Below are positions 41,826-50,738 of a stretch of DNA of 64,000 nt, one piece after another. The notes under the pieces were generated by a model. The model ran no database searches. It was not told where the DNA came from and saw only the letters and a program-made list of their open reading frames with translations. The stretch lies in the IMG/VR virus record IMGVR_UViG_3300031555_002371, positions 92,002-156,001 of that record; one strand, written 5' to 3'. A program made the translations under genes and the position numbers. The stretch comes from a virus. Taxonomy: Duplodnaviria; Caudoviricetes. Every line of letters starts with the position of its first letter. The first letter of the stretch is position 1.

Positions 41826-42890
41826 ATGATTAAATTTGTTGATAAAGCAAATAGGTTTGTTGAAATGTTCGATAGTAACACTGGTCTTTATATCCGTAGT
41901 GGAGTTATCGATGAAAACGGCAAAGATACAGGTGTTGACCCTTTTATGAGATGTTTTCCATCTCTGATTGACGTTGGTATTATGCAGCGTTGTGTATGCG
42001 TCGGTAAGTGTAGAGTAGATTGTTACCAAAAAGCAATTGACCGCGTTGGAAACAATATGACACTCGAAGATTACAAGTCAATTCTCGAACAGTGTAAAGG
42101 CAAAGTATTTCAGTTTGCTCTCGGTGGTGCTGGCGACCCCGACACGCACGAAAACTTTGAGGAAATTTTGAAACTGACAAGAGAATACGGAATTGTGCCG
42201 AACTTCACAACTTCGGGTATTACTTTTACCGAAGAAAAGGCGAGACTTTGCAAAAAATATTGTGGAGCGGTTGCAGTAAGCGAACATCATGCAGAGTACA
42301 GCGAAAAGGCTCTTGATATGCTTATCAAAGCAGGAGTCAAGACGAATATTCATTACGTACTTTCCGCCAAGTCTATTGATGATGCAATTTATCGTTTGAA
42401 GAATGGCGGATTTCATAAGGGTATTAACGCCATTGTGTTCTTGCTTTATAAGCCGATTGGTCTTGGAAAGATGGAGAACATTCTTACTGCAGACAATCCC
42501 AAGGTTAAAGAGTTCTTTGAGGTTGTAGATTCGGGGGATTTCGATTTTAAGATTGGTTTCGACTCTTGCTCATGTGCCGGAATTGTAAACAATACTTCTC
42601 ATATCGACCTTCAGAGTATTGACTTCTGCGAGGGTGGTAGACACTCTATGTATATTGATGCACACATGAACGCTATGCCCTGTTCTTTTGGCAATCAGGA
42701 TAAGAAATGGTATATCGACTTACATACCCACACCATCGAAGAAGCGTGGTATAGCGAAATTTTTGAGGGATTCAGAGCGTCTTTGAAAAACTCGTGTCCG
42801 GGCTGTAATAAGAGAAATTGTTGTGCTGGTGGTTGCCCTATTTGTAGAGATATTGTTCTCTGTAATAACGTCGAGAAACACCTTGTTTAA
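41826..42890 (+). CDS. radical SAM protein with SPASM-like C-terminus
   Basis: CVCVGKCRVDCY, GGAGDP, NFTTSG; C-terminal C...PC...CxxC...C.GGC. Confidence 0.85.
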   Translation: MIKFVDKANRFVEMFDSNTGLYIRSGVIDENGKDTGVDPFMRCFPSLIDVGIMQRCVCVGKCRVDCYQKAIDRVGNNMTLEDYKSILEQCKGKVFQFALGGAGDPDTHENFEEILKLTREYGIVPNFTTSGITFTEEKARLCKKYCGAVAVSEHHAEYSEKALDMLIKAGVKTNIHYVLSAKSIDDAIYRLKNGGFHKGINAIVFLLYKPIGLGKMENILTADNPKVKEFFEVVDSGDFDFKIGFDSCSCAGIVNNTSHIDLQSIDFCEGGRHSMYIDAHMNAMPCSFGNQDKKWYIDLHTHTIEEAWYSEIFEGFRASLKNSCPGCNKRNCCAGGCPICRDIVLCNNVEKHLV

Positions 42891-42909
42891 GGGAGATAAA
42901 AAAAATAAA

Positions 42910-43323
42910 ATGAAAATAAGAACTGATTACGTGACGAACAGTAGTTCGAGCAGCTTTATTGTATGTTTTGCGAGAATTGCTGACGAAGAAAAAGCAAAGA
43001 AAATTCTTGAACAGTATCCATCCATTAAGCAGTATACTGCGCAAGAAGTTCTTGAAAATATCAAGGATAGCAAATGGAGTCGTTGGCTTGAATACGATTG
43101 GGCAGGAATTGACGCAACGCCAAGCACAGAGTATATCCAGGCACATGAGAATGATAGATTTGTTGTGTACAAAGATAGTGAAGAACTCTATCCCGACGAA
43201 GATGGCTATTGTGATTACGATGTAGATTATTCTGACTTTGATACCGATGCCATTGATGCAATGACCGATGAAAATGGATTTGCCGAGGTTGAGTGTCAGT
43301 ATGGCGCGGGTAGAGACGGTTGA
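42910..43323 (+). CDS. MKIRTDYVTNSSSSSF-motif protein 1
   Basis: shared N-terminal motif. Confidence 0.8.
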   Translation: MKIRTDYVTNSSSSSFIVCFARIADEEKAKKILEQYPSIKQYTAQEVLENIKDSKWSRWLEYDWAGIDATPSTEYIQAHENDRFVVYKDSEELYPDEDGYCDYDVDYSDFDTDAIDAMTDENGFAEVECQYGAGRDG

Positions 43324-43333
43324 GGTAACAACA

Positions 43334-43768
43334 ATGAAAGTACGTAATGATTTTGTTACGAATAGCTCAAGTAGTAGTTTTATAATCGCTTATAGAGCTA
43401 TTCCACAAATAGATGTAGAAACTCTTTCAAAGTATCCATTCTTAAAGTCTTATCAGAAAATGATTGATGGTATTGTGTCATGCAAAAATTATGAAGATAC
43501 CAGACCCGGAAAGGTATACAAAACAAAAGATGAATATGATAAATTGTTTGTTTCTTACCATGGATGGGGCGACAAGGACACCGTTGATAAAATTCTTGAG
43601 GATGAACCCTCGTTAAGAAAAGGTTACGAAAGAGCTATTGAATATATTGCAAATGGATATGCGATTTTGGAAAAGAGCATAGACAATTGTGATGATGGTC
43701 TTATGAATTTAATCCATACGATTGCTGAAGATAATGAGTATTTCGTTATTATTGGAGGTGACGAATGA
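43334..43768 (+). CDS. MKVRNDFVTNSSSSSF-motif protein 2
   Basis: shared N-terminal motif. Confidence 0.8.
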   Translation: MKVRNDFVTNSSSSSFIIAYRAIPQIDVETLSKYPFLKSYQKMIDGIVSCKNYEDTRPGKVYKTKDEYDKLFVSYHGWGDKDTVDKILEDEPSLRKGYERAIEYIANGYAILEKSIDNCDDGLMNLIHTIAEDNEYFVIIGGDE

Positions 43769-44169
43769 TGAAAGTAAGAACAGATTTTGTTACCAATTCG
43801 AGCAGTAGTAGCTTCATCATTGCATATAGAGAAAGCGTGAATGAATTACATAATACGCTTGTACAGATGATAATTGACTCAGACAGTTACTATGATACAA
43901 GTGTCGCAGATGTTATTGATAACAAAGATGCACTCGATAAAAAGTTTTTAGCATGGTTCGGATGTGGCGTGGATAGCATTCGTGATGTTATTCGGAGAGA
44001 TGCCGATGTTAGAGAAGAATATAACAGATGTGTTGATTATCTTCAAAAGGGGTATAAACTTATATGCAAGTCAATCGGTTATGGCGATAATACCTTACAA
44101 GAATTGATTCGCATTTTGGCAAAAGACAATGATGATTTTGTGATGATGGGAGACGAATATGAAGATTAG
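43765..44169 (+). CDS. MKVRTDFVTNSSSSSF-motif protein 3
   Basis: shared N-terminal motif. Confidence 0.8.
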   Translation: MMKVRTDFVTNSSSSSFIIAYRESVNELHNTLVQMIIDSDSYYDTSVADVIDNKDALDKKFLAWFGCGVDSIRDVIRRDADVREEYNRCVDYLQKGYKLICKSIGYGDNTLQELIRILAKDNDDFVMMGDEYED

Positions 44170-44638
44170 AACTGACTTTGTAACCAATAGTTCAAGTAGC
44201 AGTTTTATCCTTGGCTTTACTTCTGCGGATACAATTGATAGTGAACTAAAAGAAGGATACCCCTCATATGCTATGGCAACAATCGGTACGGTTATGCAGG
44301 ACGTTGATGCGGCGACACAATTTGATAAAGATGAGGTTATCCATAGGATTCGTGAAAATTTGAAATACCGGGCAAGGTGGAGCGTAGAGGAAATCTATCG
44401 CAGAAGAACGAGATGTTCGTACAATGAGGCTTCCGACTATGTGCGCACACCAGAAGGTGAAAAAGAAGTTCAGGAATATGTAGAACGAATCATTAAAGAA
44501 ACGCTCGAAAAAATGGAAGGTAAATCTATTTTTGTTGAGGTATCTTATTCAGATAACGATGGCGAATATTTTAGCGAGTTAGAGCATCGTATTATGCCGC
44601 GACTTGCTGCCACAATGATTACTTTTGACCACCACTAA
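44159..44638 (+). CDS. MKIRTDFVTNSSSSSF-motif protein 4
   Basis: shared N-terminal motif. Confidence 0.8.
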   Translation: MKIRTDFVTNSSSSSFILGFTSADTIDSELKEGYPSYAMATIGTVMQDVDAATQFDKDEVIHRIRENLKYRARWSVEEIYRRRTRCSYNEASDYVRTPEGEKEVQEYVERIIKETLEKMEGKSIFVEVSYSDNDGEYFSELEHRIMPRLAATMITFDHH

Positions 44639-44919
44639 GAGAAAGAAGGTGGAATGATATACTTACAGTATACGAATGTATCATTGAGATAGAAAACAAC
44701 GGTAACATACAACGTCATGTTATTGAAGCTCCGCGAATTATGATAGAGCGACAATTTATGACTTTGGTTAGGCAAGCAGCAAATAATCCTAATCCTATCG
44801 CCGTAAAGCTAATGCTTGGTTAAATGACCATATTCCGGCAGAGTATAAGGAATACGTTTACGAAAGCGAAGCCGACTGAAAAATTTTTTAAAAATTTAAA
44901 AATAATTCTGAAAAACCTC

Positions 44920-44948
44920 TTGACAAACAGAAAGAAATGTGATATAAT
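44920..44948 (+). promoter_or_regulatory. sigma-A promoter of the first RNA cluster
   Basis: TTGACA-N17-TATAAT. Confidence 0.85.
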
Positions 44949-45064
44949 AAGTATGTAATCAAGAGATACACATTGAGTAGTGAGTAAAAAGCCTTATTGA
45001 TTATGCCACAAGTACGAACCTCTCCATCGGAGACCGTACAACTCCGGAGAGGGTGGCAGCGATT

Positions 45065-45144
45065 AGAAGTTTGGTGTAGGTGGATAGCACGTTGACCCAT
45101 AGGGGGTCGGAGGGTTTGGGTTCGAGTCCCATTGGCTTCGACCA
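45065..45144 (+). tRNA. atypical tRNA-like gene (anticodon arm irregular; identity uncertain)
   Basis: D arm, TTCGAGT T-loop and ACCA end present; anticodon region TTGACC-CATAGGG-GGTCGG is non-standard. Confidence 0.5.
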
Positions 45145-45303
45145 AAAAGAAAATCGCTTAAAAGTATGAGATGAGAAAAAGTGATGTAAAATGATTAAAA
45201 TGCTGGTCGCAAAGTGGATGAGAAAAGACCGTTGGGAAGGTGTGCGCAGCCGAATCCAACCATCACTCCCATAGGTGAAAGACCTACGGCTCAATGATAA
45301 TAA

Positions 45304-45379
45304 TGGGGTATCGCCAAAGTGGTAAGGCACAGGACTTTGACTCCTGTATGTACTGGTTCGAGTCCAGTTACCCCAGCCA
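45304..45379 (+). tRNA. tRNA-Gln(TTG)
   Basis: cloverleaf; CAGGA-CT-TTG-AC-TCCTG; CCA end. Confidence 0.9.
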
Positions 45380-45382
45380 AAT

Positions 45383-45456
45383 AGGAGAGTAGTTTAATGC
45401 AAAATAGCCGCCTCCAAAGCGAAAAGATGAGGGTTCAAGTCCTTCCTCTCCTGCCA
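45383..45456 (+). tRNA. tRNA-Trp(CCA), degenerate anticodon stem and D-loop
   Basis: AGGAGAG/CTCTCCT acceptor, G73, loop CTCCAAA; only 3 Watson-Crick pairs in the anticodon stem. Confidence 0.65.
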
Positions 45457-45497
45457 TGTACTATCAAAACAAAATCTGAAAAACCAAAAAACTATAT

Positions 45498-45573
45498 GTG
45501 CCATTAGCTCAGTTGGTAGAGCAATTGACTTTTAATCAATAGGTCGGCGGTTCGAGTCCGCCATGGCACACCA
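45498..45573 (+). tRNA. tRNA-Lys(TTT)
   Basis: canonical cloverleaf with CCA. Confidence 0.95.
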
Positions 45574-45574
45574 T

Positions 45575-45742
45575 CCGAGAGGCTATAATGCATCATCCTT
45601 CTAAAAAGAATATGGGTTTATTTTATAAAGATACATTGATTTCCTCTTGGTTTTCCTTTCCGTGTAGACGGCTATGGGGCAACTTCCTTCTATATTATTT
45701 ACATAATAACCATACAAATTTAGTTGCCTCGATTTCCATTTA
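45575..45742 (+). ncRNA. two Y-RNA-like units (45575-45650, 45665-45742)
   Basis: stem-GGCTA-stem-[A/T]TCCTTCTA...stem-GATTTCC-stem motif. Confidence 0.7.
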
Positions 45743-45763
45743 AAATTAAAAAGGAGAAAAAAC

Positions 45764-48004
45764 ATGAAAAACACCAATAAGATTCTTTTAAGAAGAAAGA
45801 GCAAGGTTATTATCACTGGTAGAACTTCTTACATCCAGGATAAGACCGAACAGGCACTCATGCTCTCTATGATTAAGAACTTTGAAGCACTCGGATTTTC
45901 CGTATCTGCCGATTTGTTCGGACAGATGAGGCTGCTTTCAGGGACAGAGCTTAAACAGTTCTATAAGGATGTAATGCCTTGCTTAAAGGAGATGGTAGGA
46001 GCGGATAAGACTTATCTGCCTATGTATCCCAACTTTCCCCAGCAAGTCATGGAAGCATCTGACGCCGAGCTTATCATCAACGCTCTAATTCATTATTTTA
46101 CTTTTGGCACTTGGATGCCTGAATATGAGAAAGATGAGCGTTTACCCCTTATTGATGATAATAAAACGGCACTTTTATCTATCGGAACGCATGATGATTT
46201 GATGGAAGTTTTCACTAATCTTGTTGCAAGCAAAACATCCCTCTCCGAGCAGGATAAGGAAGATGTAGAAACTATCATGCTTGATTGTGCAAACTACTAC
46301 GATTATCTTCCCGATGAAATCCCTCTCAAAGAGAATGTAGCATTTATCGGTAAGCTCATCTTGGAGAAAGCACCTATTGTATCTGCGAGATATATCCAGA
46401 AGTATTTCAACACCGCAACCGATGTATTAAGACTTGTTGTTGCATTGTCTGATGGCGACATTAGCCTTGCCGTAAGAACTGAATGCAGAAGTTTGAAGCG
46501 CAAAGAGCGCAGAATGATTATGGATTTACTTGCCGGATGTGGAAACATTACAGAAGATTTGTTCCGATATCATGCTGAATGGCTCTATGTTGCACGTTTC
46601 CTTCATCCTTTTGAGTATACCACTCCTATATATAAGGATGTAATCAAGGCATTTAACACGCTCCACAATGAGAAGAAGCCTTTGATGTTTTCTGGTAAGG
46701 TGCAGAATGCTATTGTCGCAAAGAACATGAGAGAAGCGGCAACTCTGTTGAAGCATAGACCTGGTGATTTTGCTCGACAGCTTGATAAGGTGTTGAGAGA
46801 TGCAACTGATAAGAACTACGTTGTCAACTGCTTCAAAGATATTGCCAACGAAGTATCTACTCCTGTTCTTCTCCAAGTTTACCAGCATTTCGTTGGTAGA
46901 GCTTCCGAAAAGAAGAACCCTGTGCGTGTATGTTTCCCCAAGGGTAATCTTGCAAAGGCACTTGTAATCTCAAATGATTTGCCCGATATCGATGCGAAGT
47001 TCTGCAAGGCTATCCAGCGTATCTGCAAGGATGCACTTATTAATAACTACATGAGCAAAGATTTCATGGGCAATGTTTATATCGACCATGAATTTAAAAA
47101 CTTCCTTGTACCTTTTAGCCAGAGAAGTGCAAGCAAGACCGCAAAATCTGTTGTTCGTGGCAGCAAGATTCCTGTTAAGGCAAATGCAACCGCAGTTAGA
47201 GGATTTATCTGGTGGACTAATATGGATAACAGTAATAGCGGGGATTATTGGGACGATAGCAGAGTAGACATTGACCTTTCAGCAGCAATCTACGATGAGA
47301 ATTGGAATTATCTCGAACACGTTTCGTATACCAATCTCCGTTCTGCAAGGTATAAAGCATATCATTCCGGCGATATTACAAATGCTGGTAGCGTAAATGG
47401 CAAGGGAGCGGCAGAGTTCATTGATGTGGATATTGCATCTGTCGCAAAGTGTGGTAGATATATTGTATATCAAATCAATAGTTTCACCAGACAACCCTTT
47501 GCAAGTCTTCCTAATGTTCGTTTCGGATGGATGGAGAGGGAAGATGTTAATAGCGGTGAAATCTTTGAACCCTCAACCGTTGTAATGAATATGGATGTTA
47601 CGGCAGAAAGTACCGTCGCAATCCCTGTCATCTTCGACTGTTGGGAGCGCAAGTTCATTTGGTGCGACATGAACCTCGCCATGAGTCAGACCAGAAGCCA
47701 TTTTGGTGGCAACAATCTTGAGAGCAATCTTAAAGGTGTTACCGCAACTTGCTATGGCATGACCCATCTCAACAAGGCAAATCTTTATGATTTGATTTCC
47801 TTTAACGCTATGGCAAGGGGAAATGTCGTGACCGATAGAAACGAAGCAGATATCATTTTCAGCAACGACACAACTATTCCTTATGAGATGGTTAATGAGA
47901 TTGATGAAAAGACCGGTAAGACGGTATCTGTCATGAGAGATAAGACCGACGTGCCTATTATTACGGCATTTGATACGGATTATTTTATGGGACAACTCCT
48001 ATAA
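45764..48004 (+). CDS. ROT/TROVE-like helical-repeat protein with C-terminal TerD-like domain
   Basis: 746 aa; TATDVLR, RPGDFARQLD, then DIDLSA...HSGDITNA...AAEFIDVD (TerD-like). Confidence 0.75.
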   Translation: MKNTNKILLRRKSKVIITGRTSYIQDKTEQALMLSMIKNFEALGFSVSADLFGQMRLLSGTELKQFYKDVMPCLKEMVGADKTYLPMYPNFPQQVMEASDAELIINALIHYFTFGTWMPEYEKDERLPLIDDNKTALLSIGTHDDLMEVFTNLVASKTSLSEQDKEDVETIMLDCANYYDYLPDEIPLKENVAFIGKLILEKAPIVSARYIQKYFNTATDVLRLVVALSDGDISLAVRTECRSLKRKERRMIMDLLAGCGNITEDLFRYHAEWLYVARFLHPFEYTTPIYKDVIKAFNTLHNEKKPLMFSGKVQNAIVAKNMREAATLLKHRPGDFARQLDKVLRDATDKNYVVNCFKDIANEVSTPVLLQVYQHFVGRASEKKNPVRVCFPKGNLAKALVISNDLPDIDAKFCKAIQRICKDALINNYMSKDFMGNVYIDHEFKNFLVPFSQRSASKTAKSVVRGSKIPVKANATAVRGFIWWTNMDNSNSGDYWDDSRVDIDLSAAIYDENWNYLEHVSYTNLRSARYKAYHSGDITNAGSVNGKGAAEFIDVDIASVAKCGRYIVYQINSFTRQPFASLPNVRFGWMEREDVNSGEIFEPSTVVMNMDVTAESTVAIPVIFDCWERKFIWCDMNLAMSQTRSHFGGNNLESNLKGVTATCYGMTHLNKANLYDLISFNAMARGNVVTDRNEADIIFSNDTTIPYEMVNEIDEKTGKTVSVMRDKTDVPIITAFDTDYFMGQLL

Positions 48005-48011
48005 GTTATTA

Positions 48012-48645
48012 TGCGGCTTAATATACTCATCCTTCTATTACATATATTGTCTGCAAAACAAATAAAATTGAGTATGTGCTTTCCGCAATTATATATCTTT
48101 GTTGGCTAATGTAGACCATCCTTCTACGCCGATAGGCACTTGATTTGGGATTAAGAATTTAGGTCAACAGATTTCCAACATTAAAACCAAAACTATTCGG
48201 CTAATCATTATCATCCTTCTAAACTATCAGGGAACAGATGGCGCAGGTTCGATTCCTGCCGAGGCGACCACCGCCTTGTAGTTTAGTGGCAGAACGTCTG
48301 CATTGTTTCAGATAATGAGATTCCCGAATTAAAAATAAATTTTATAAATAAATCTGAAAAACCTCTTGACAAACAGAAATGTTTGTGATATAATAATAGC
48401 GTAAACAAAAGATGTTTACTTCCGGCTTAACAGAGTCATCCTTCTAAACCCGCAAGGGAACAAACTTTTAATTTGTACAGTAAGAGTCTGTGATTTCCGG
48501 AACAATAAATATAGTCGGCTAAATAATCTCATCCTTCTATTTATGACTGATAATCCGTGTGTTGTGGGTTCGAGTCCCACCCATGCAGTTGCATGGTAGC
48601 TCAACGGTAGAGCAACGAAAATAATGCGAGATTGTGCTTTCCGAC
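48012..48645 (+). ncRNA. five Y-RNA-like units (48012-48087, 48100-48180, 48195-48329, 48420-48502, 48514-48645); two carry permuted tRNA domains
   Basis: same motif as the upstream pair; units at 48195 and 48514 have T-arm, closed acceptor stem, then D-arm. Confidence 0.75.
48366..48394 (+). promoter_or_regulatory. sigma-A promoter inside the RNA array
   Basis: TTGACA-N17-TATAAT. Confidence 0.85.
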
Positions 48646-48667
48646 ATCAATAAGAGAGGTATTTCAA

Positions 48668-49417
48668 ATGCTGCACACCCTTAAAAGTCAATCTGAAAAA
48701 CCATTTATCGAAGAATTTGAAAAGCTATGTAGAACACGAAGTTCCTGGTCTGTATGGGCAGACTTCGTAACAACTACTGCTTGCGCACTCTCCAATTCTA
48801 TTGGAAAAGGTGCTGTTAATTTTGACAAGAGAGAAAAAGAATATGCAGAATGCATCGAGCGTTTAGGAGGAGTAGAAGCACCAGCAAAAATGTTCGCTTC
48901 GATTGTAAATGCATTAGAACTTAATCCAGAACAAGACTTCCTTGGTGATATGTTTATGCGCCTTGGTCTTGGAAACCATTGGAAAGGTCAGTTCTTTACT
49001 CCATATCATGTATGCAAATTGATGGCGGAAGTTAATTGCGAATCTCTTGGCGAACAGATTGAAGAAAAAGGCTGGGTATCGGTTAATGATTGCGCTTGTG
49101 GTGCAGGTGCTACGTTAATCGCCATGGCGAACACCATGAGAAATAAAGATATCAATTATCAGAACCACGCATTATTTGTGGCTCAAGATATTGATAGAGT
49201 TGCAGCATTGATGTGTTACATCCAACTTTCACTTCTCGGATGTGCTGGATATGTTGTTGTTGGAGATTCAATTTGTAATCCATTAACAGGTCATCCGCTC
49301 TTTCCGAGAGTCAACAGCAATCACGAGTTATGGACTACTCCAATGTTCAATAATGATGTTTGGAGTATGAGAAGGCTCTTTAATACATTCGATTTAATCA
49401 ACAAGGAGAATAGATGA
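48668..49417 (+). CDS. N-6 DNA methylase-like protein (HsdM-like N-terminal part)
   Basis: GQFFTPYHV, VNDCACGAG; no NPPY motif visible. Confidence 0.7.
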   Translation: MLHTLKSQSEKPFIEEFEKLCRTRSSWSVWADFVTTTACALSNSIGKGAVNFDKREKEYAECIERLGGVEAPAKMFASIVNALELNPEQDFLGDMFMRLGLGNHWKGQFFTPYHVCKLMAEVNCESLGEQIEEKGWVSVNDCACGAGATLIAMANTMRNKDINYQNHALFVAQDIDRVAALMCYIQLSLLGCAGYVVVGDSICNPLTGHPLFPRVNSNHELWTTPMFNNDVWSMRRLFNTFDLINKENR

Positions 49418-49605
49418 AATATCAGTTTATTTGCCCAAAGTGTGGCAAAGAAAAGGTAATCGAGATGCCAATGTCTGAATACAAGTCAGACGGGCATATG
49501 TGCGAGTGTGGTGCTGAACTTAAAAGAGACCCTAATACATTTTGTAAAAGTTATAAGGTGAATTGTAATGGGTTTTACAGCCAACACCCAAGCGGTAATA
49601 AGTAA
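49414..49605 (+). CDS. FmdB-like zinc-ribbon protein
   Basis: YQFICPKCG...CECG...GFY. Confidence 0.7.
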   Translation: MKYQFICPKCGKEKVIEMPMSEYKSDGHMCECGAELKRDPNTFCKSYKVNCNGFYSQHPSGNK

Positions 49606-49750
49606 GACACTAACCAAAACCTAACCGATGTATGTAGCCATTTACGATTTTTCCTTTCATTTTTTAATCATACACCTCCTCCATTTTATAAATTATCATC
49701 GGTAAAACTTGTGCAAAGTTAATTGGTATAGGTCTTTGCACAATACATAA

Positions 49751-49787
49751 GCTGGCGTGGTGGAATTGGCAGACACGCAAGATTAAG
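49751..49787 (+). pseudogene. 5' half of a tRNA-Leu, truncated at the anticodon loop
   Basis: GCTGGCGTGGTGGAATTGGCAGACACGCAAGATT..., no matching 3' half found; HNH gene follows directly. Confidence 0.7.
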
Positions 49788-49798
49788 TTTTAGATAAA

Positions 49799-50326
49799 TT
49801 GTATAAGAAAGAGCAAATTAAAGGCTTTGAGGAATATTCAGTAGATACCGATGGAGTTGTATATTCCAAGAAAGGCAAACCATTAAAGTATTCCATCAAT
49901 CATAGAGGATATTGCATTGTAAACCTTATGGCGAATGGCAAAAGAAAAGGTTTTGCGGTACATACATTAGTTGCAAAGCAATTCATTGAAAATGATAACC
50001 CTATGAAAACACAGGTGAATCATAAAGATGGAAACAAAAGAAAAAATTGTGTTGATAATTTAGAGTGGACTACTCCAAAAGAAAACACTGAACATTCTAT
50101 ATATTGTCTTGGAAACGATTTGAGTGGAGCAAGAAGTCCAAATGCAAAGAGTATAGGTGCTTACGATAAACCTGGAAATCTAATTCATAGTTTTGGAGCA
50201 TTGTCAGATGCGGCAAGATTCTTATGTGGAAAAGATGATAACTACCGACACAAACAAACCAGTATTTACAAAGCCGCAAATGGTATTAGAAAAACTTATA
50301 AAGGCTTTGTTTGGAAATACATATAA
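49799..50326 (+). CDS. HNH homing endonuclease (NUMOD4-HNH-NUMOD1 type)
   Basis: VHTLVA..F, VNHKDGNKRKNCVDNLEW...N..H; C-terminal YKGFVWKY. Confidence 0.9.
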   Translation: MYKKEQIKGFEEYSVDTDGVVYSKKGKPLKYSINHRGYCIVNLMANGKRKGFAVHTLVAKQFIENDNPMKTQVNHKDGNKRKNCVDNLEWTTPKENTEHSIYCLGNDLSGARSPNAKSIGAYDKPGNLIHSFGALSDAARFLCGKDDNYRHKQTSIYKAANGIRKTYKGFVWKYI

Positions 50327-50336
50327 AAGTTAATAT

Positions 50337-50738
50337 GCGGGTGTGGTGGAATGGCAGACACAAGGGACTTTTTCATTGACATTTAGAACAATCTAAATAC
50401 CTGAAAAGGTTGAGCATCAAGGTAGAAAACTCCTTGTTTGAATGTGGGCTAAAACGGCGAAAGAGTCAATGGAAACGCCGTGCTAAATTCGCAGCAAAGA
50501 CCCTACCCAATGCGTTAATGTTAGGGTTGGAAGGGACATTACATAAGGTTAGCGTAAACCGGTCTTTGTCTGTGATAAATGTGTAGAGAGTATATACCCA
50601 CTGCCTAAATCGAAAGATATGGTAAAGACGTATTCCAGACTACAACAACATCGTTGGCTTACGAAATCATAAGTAAGAGTAGTAAGAAAATCCCTCGGTG
50701 GCGACACTGTACGAGTTCGAGTCTCGTCACCCGCACCA
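50337..50738 (+). tRNA. tRNA-Leu(TAA) interrupted by a group I intron
   Basis: exons 50337-50370 and 50687-50738 join to AGGGA-CT-TAA-AA-TCCCT; long variable arm; CCA. Confidence 0.85.
50371..50686 (+). mobile_element. group I intron (about 316 nt, no ORF)
   Basis: follows a U and ends in G; AAACGGCGAAA/AACGCCGTGCTAAA, GTAGAGAGTA and AAGACGTATTCC core-like elements. Confidence 0.8.

Noticed and set aside
44829-44848. Fourth CATACTC-N4-GAGTATG operator
   Set aside because: Degenerate, wrong spacing, and not inside a promoter
45575-48645. CRISPR array interpretation of the ATCCTTCTA repeats
   Set aside because: The conserved sequence is short and split, units fold back on themselves with variable stems, spacing is irregular, and no cas genes are present
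48668-49417. Type I restriction-modification system
   Set aside because: Only an HsdM-like fragment without NPPY; no hsdS or hsdR nearby
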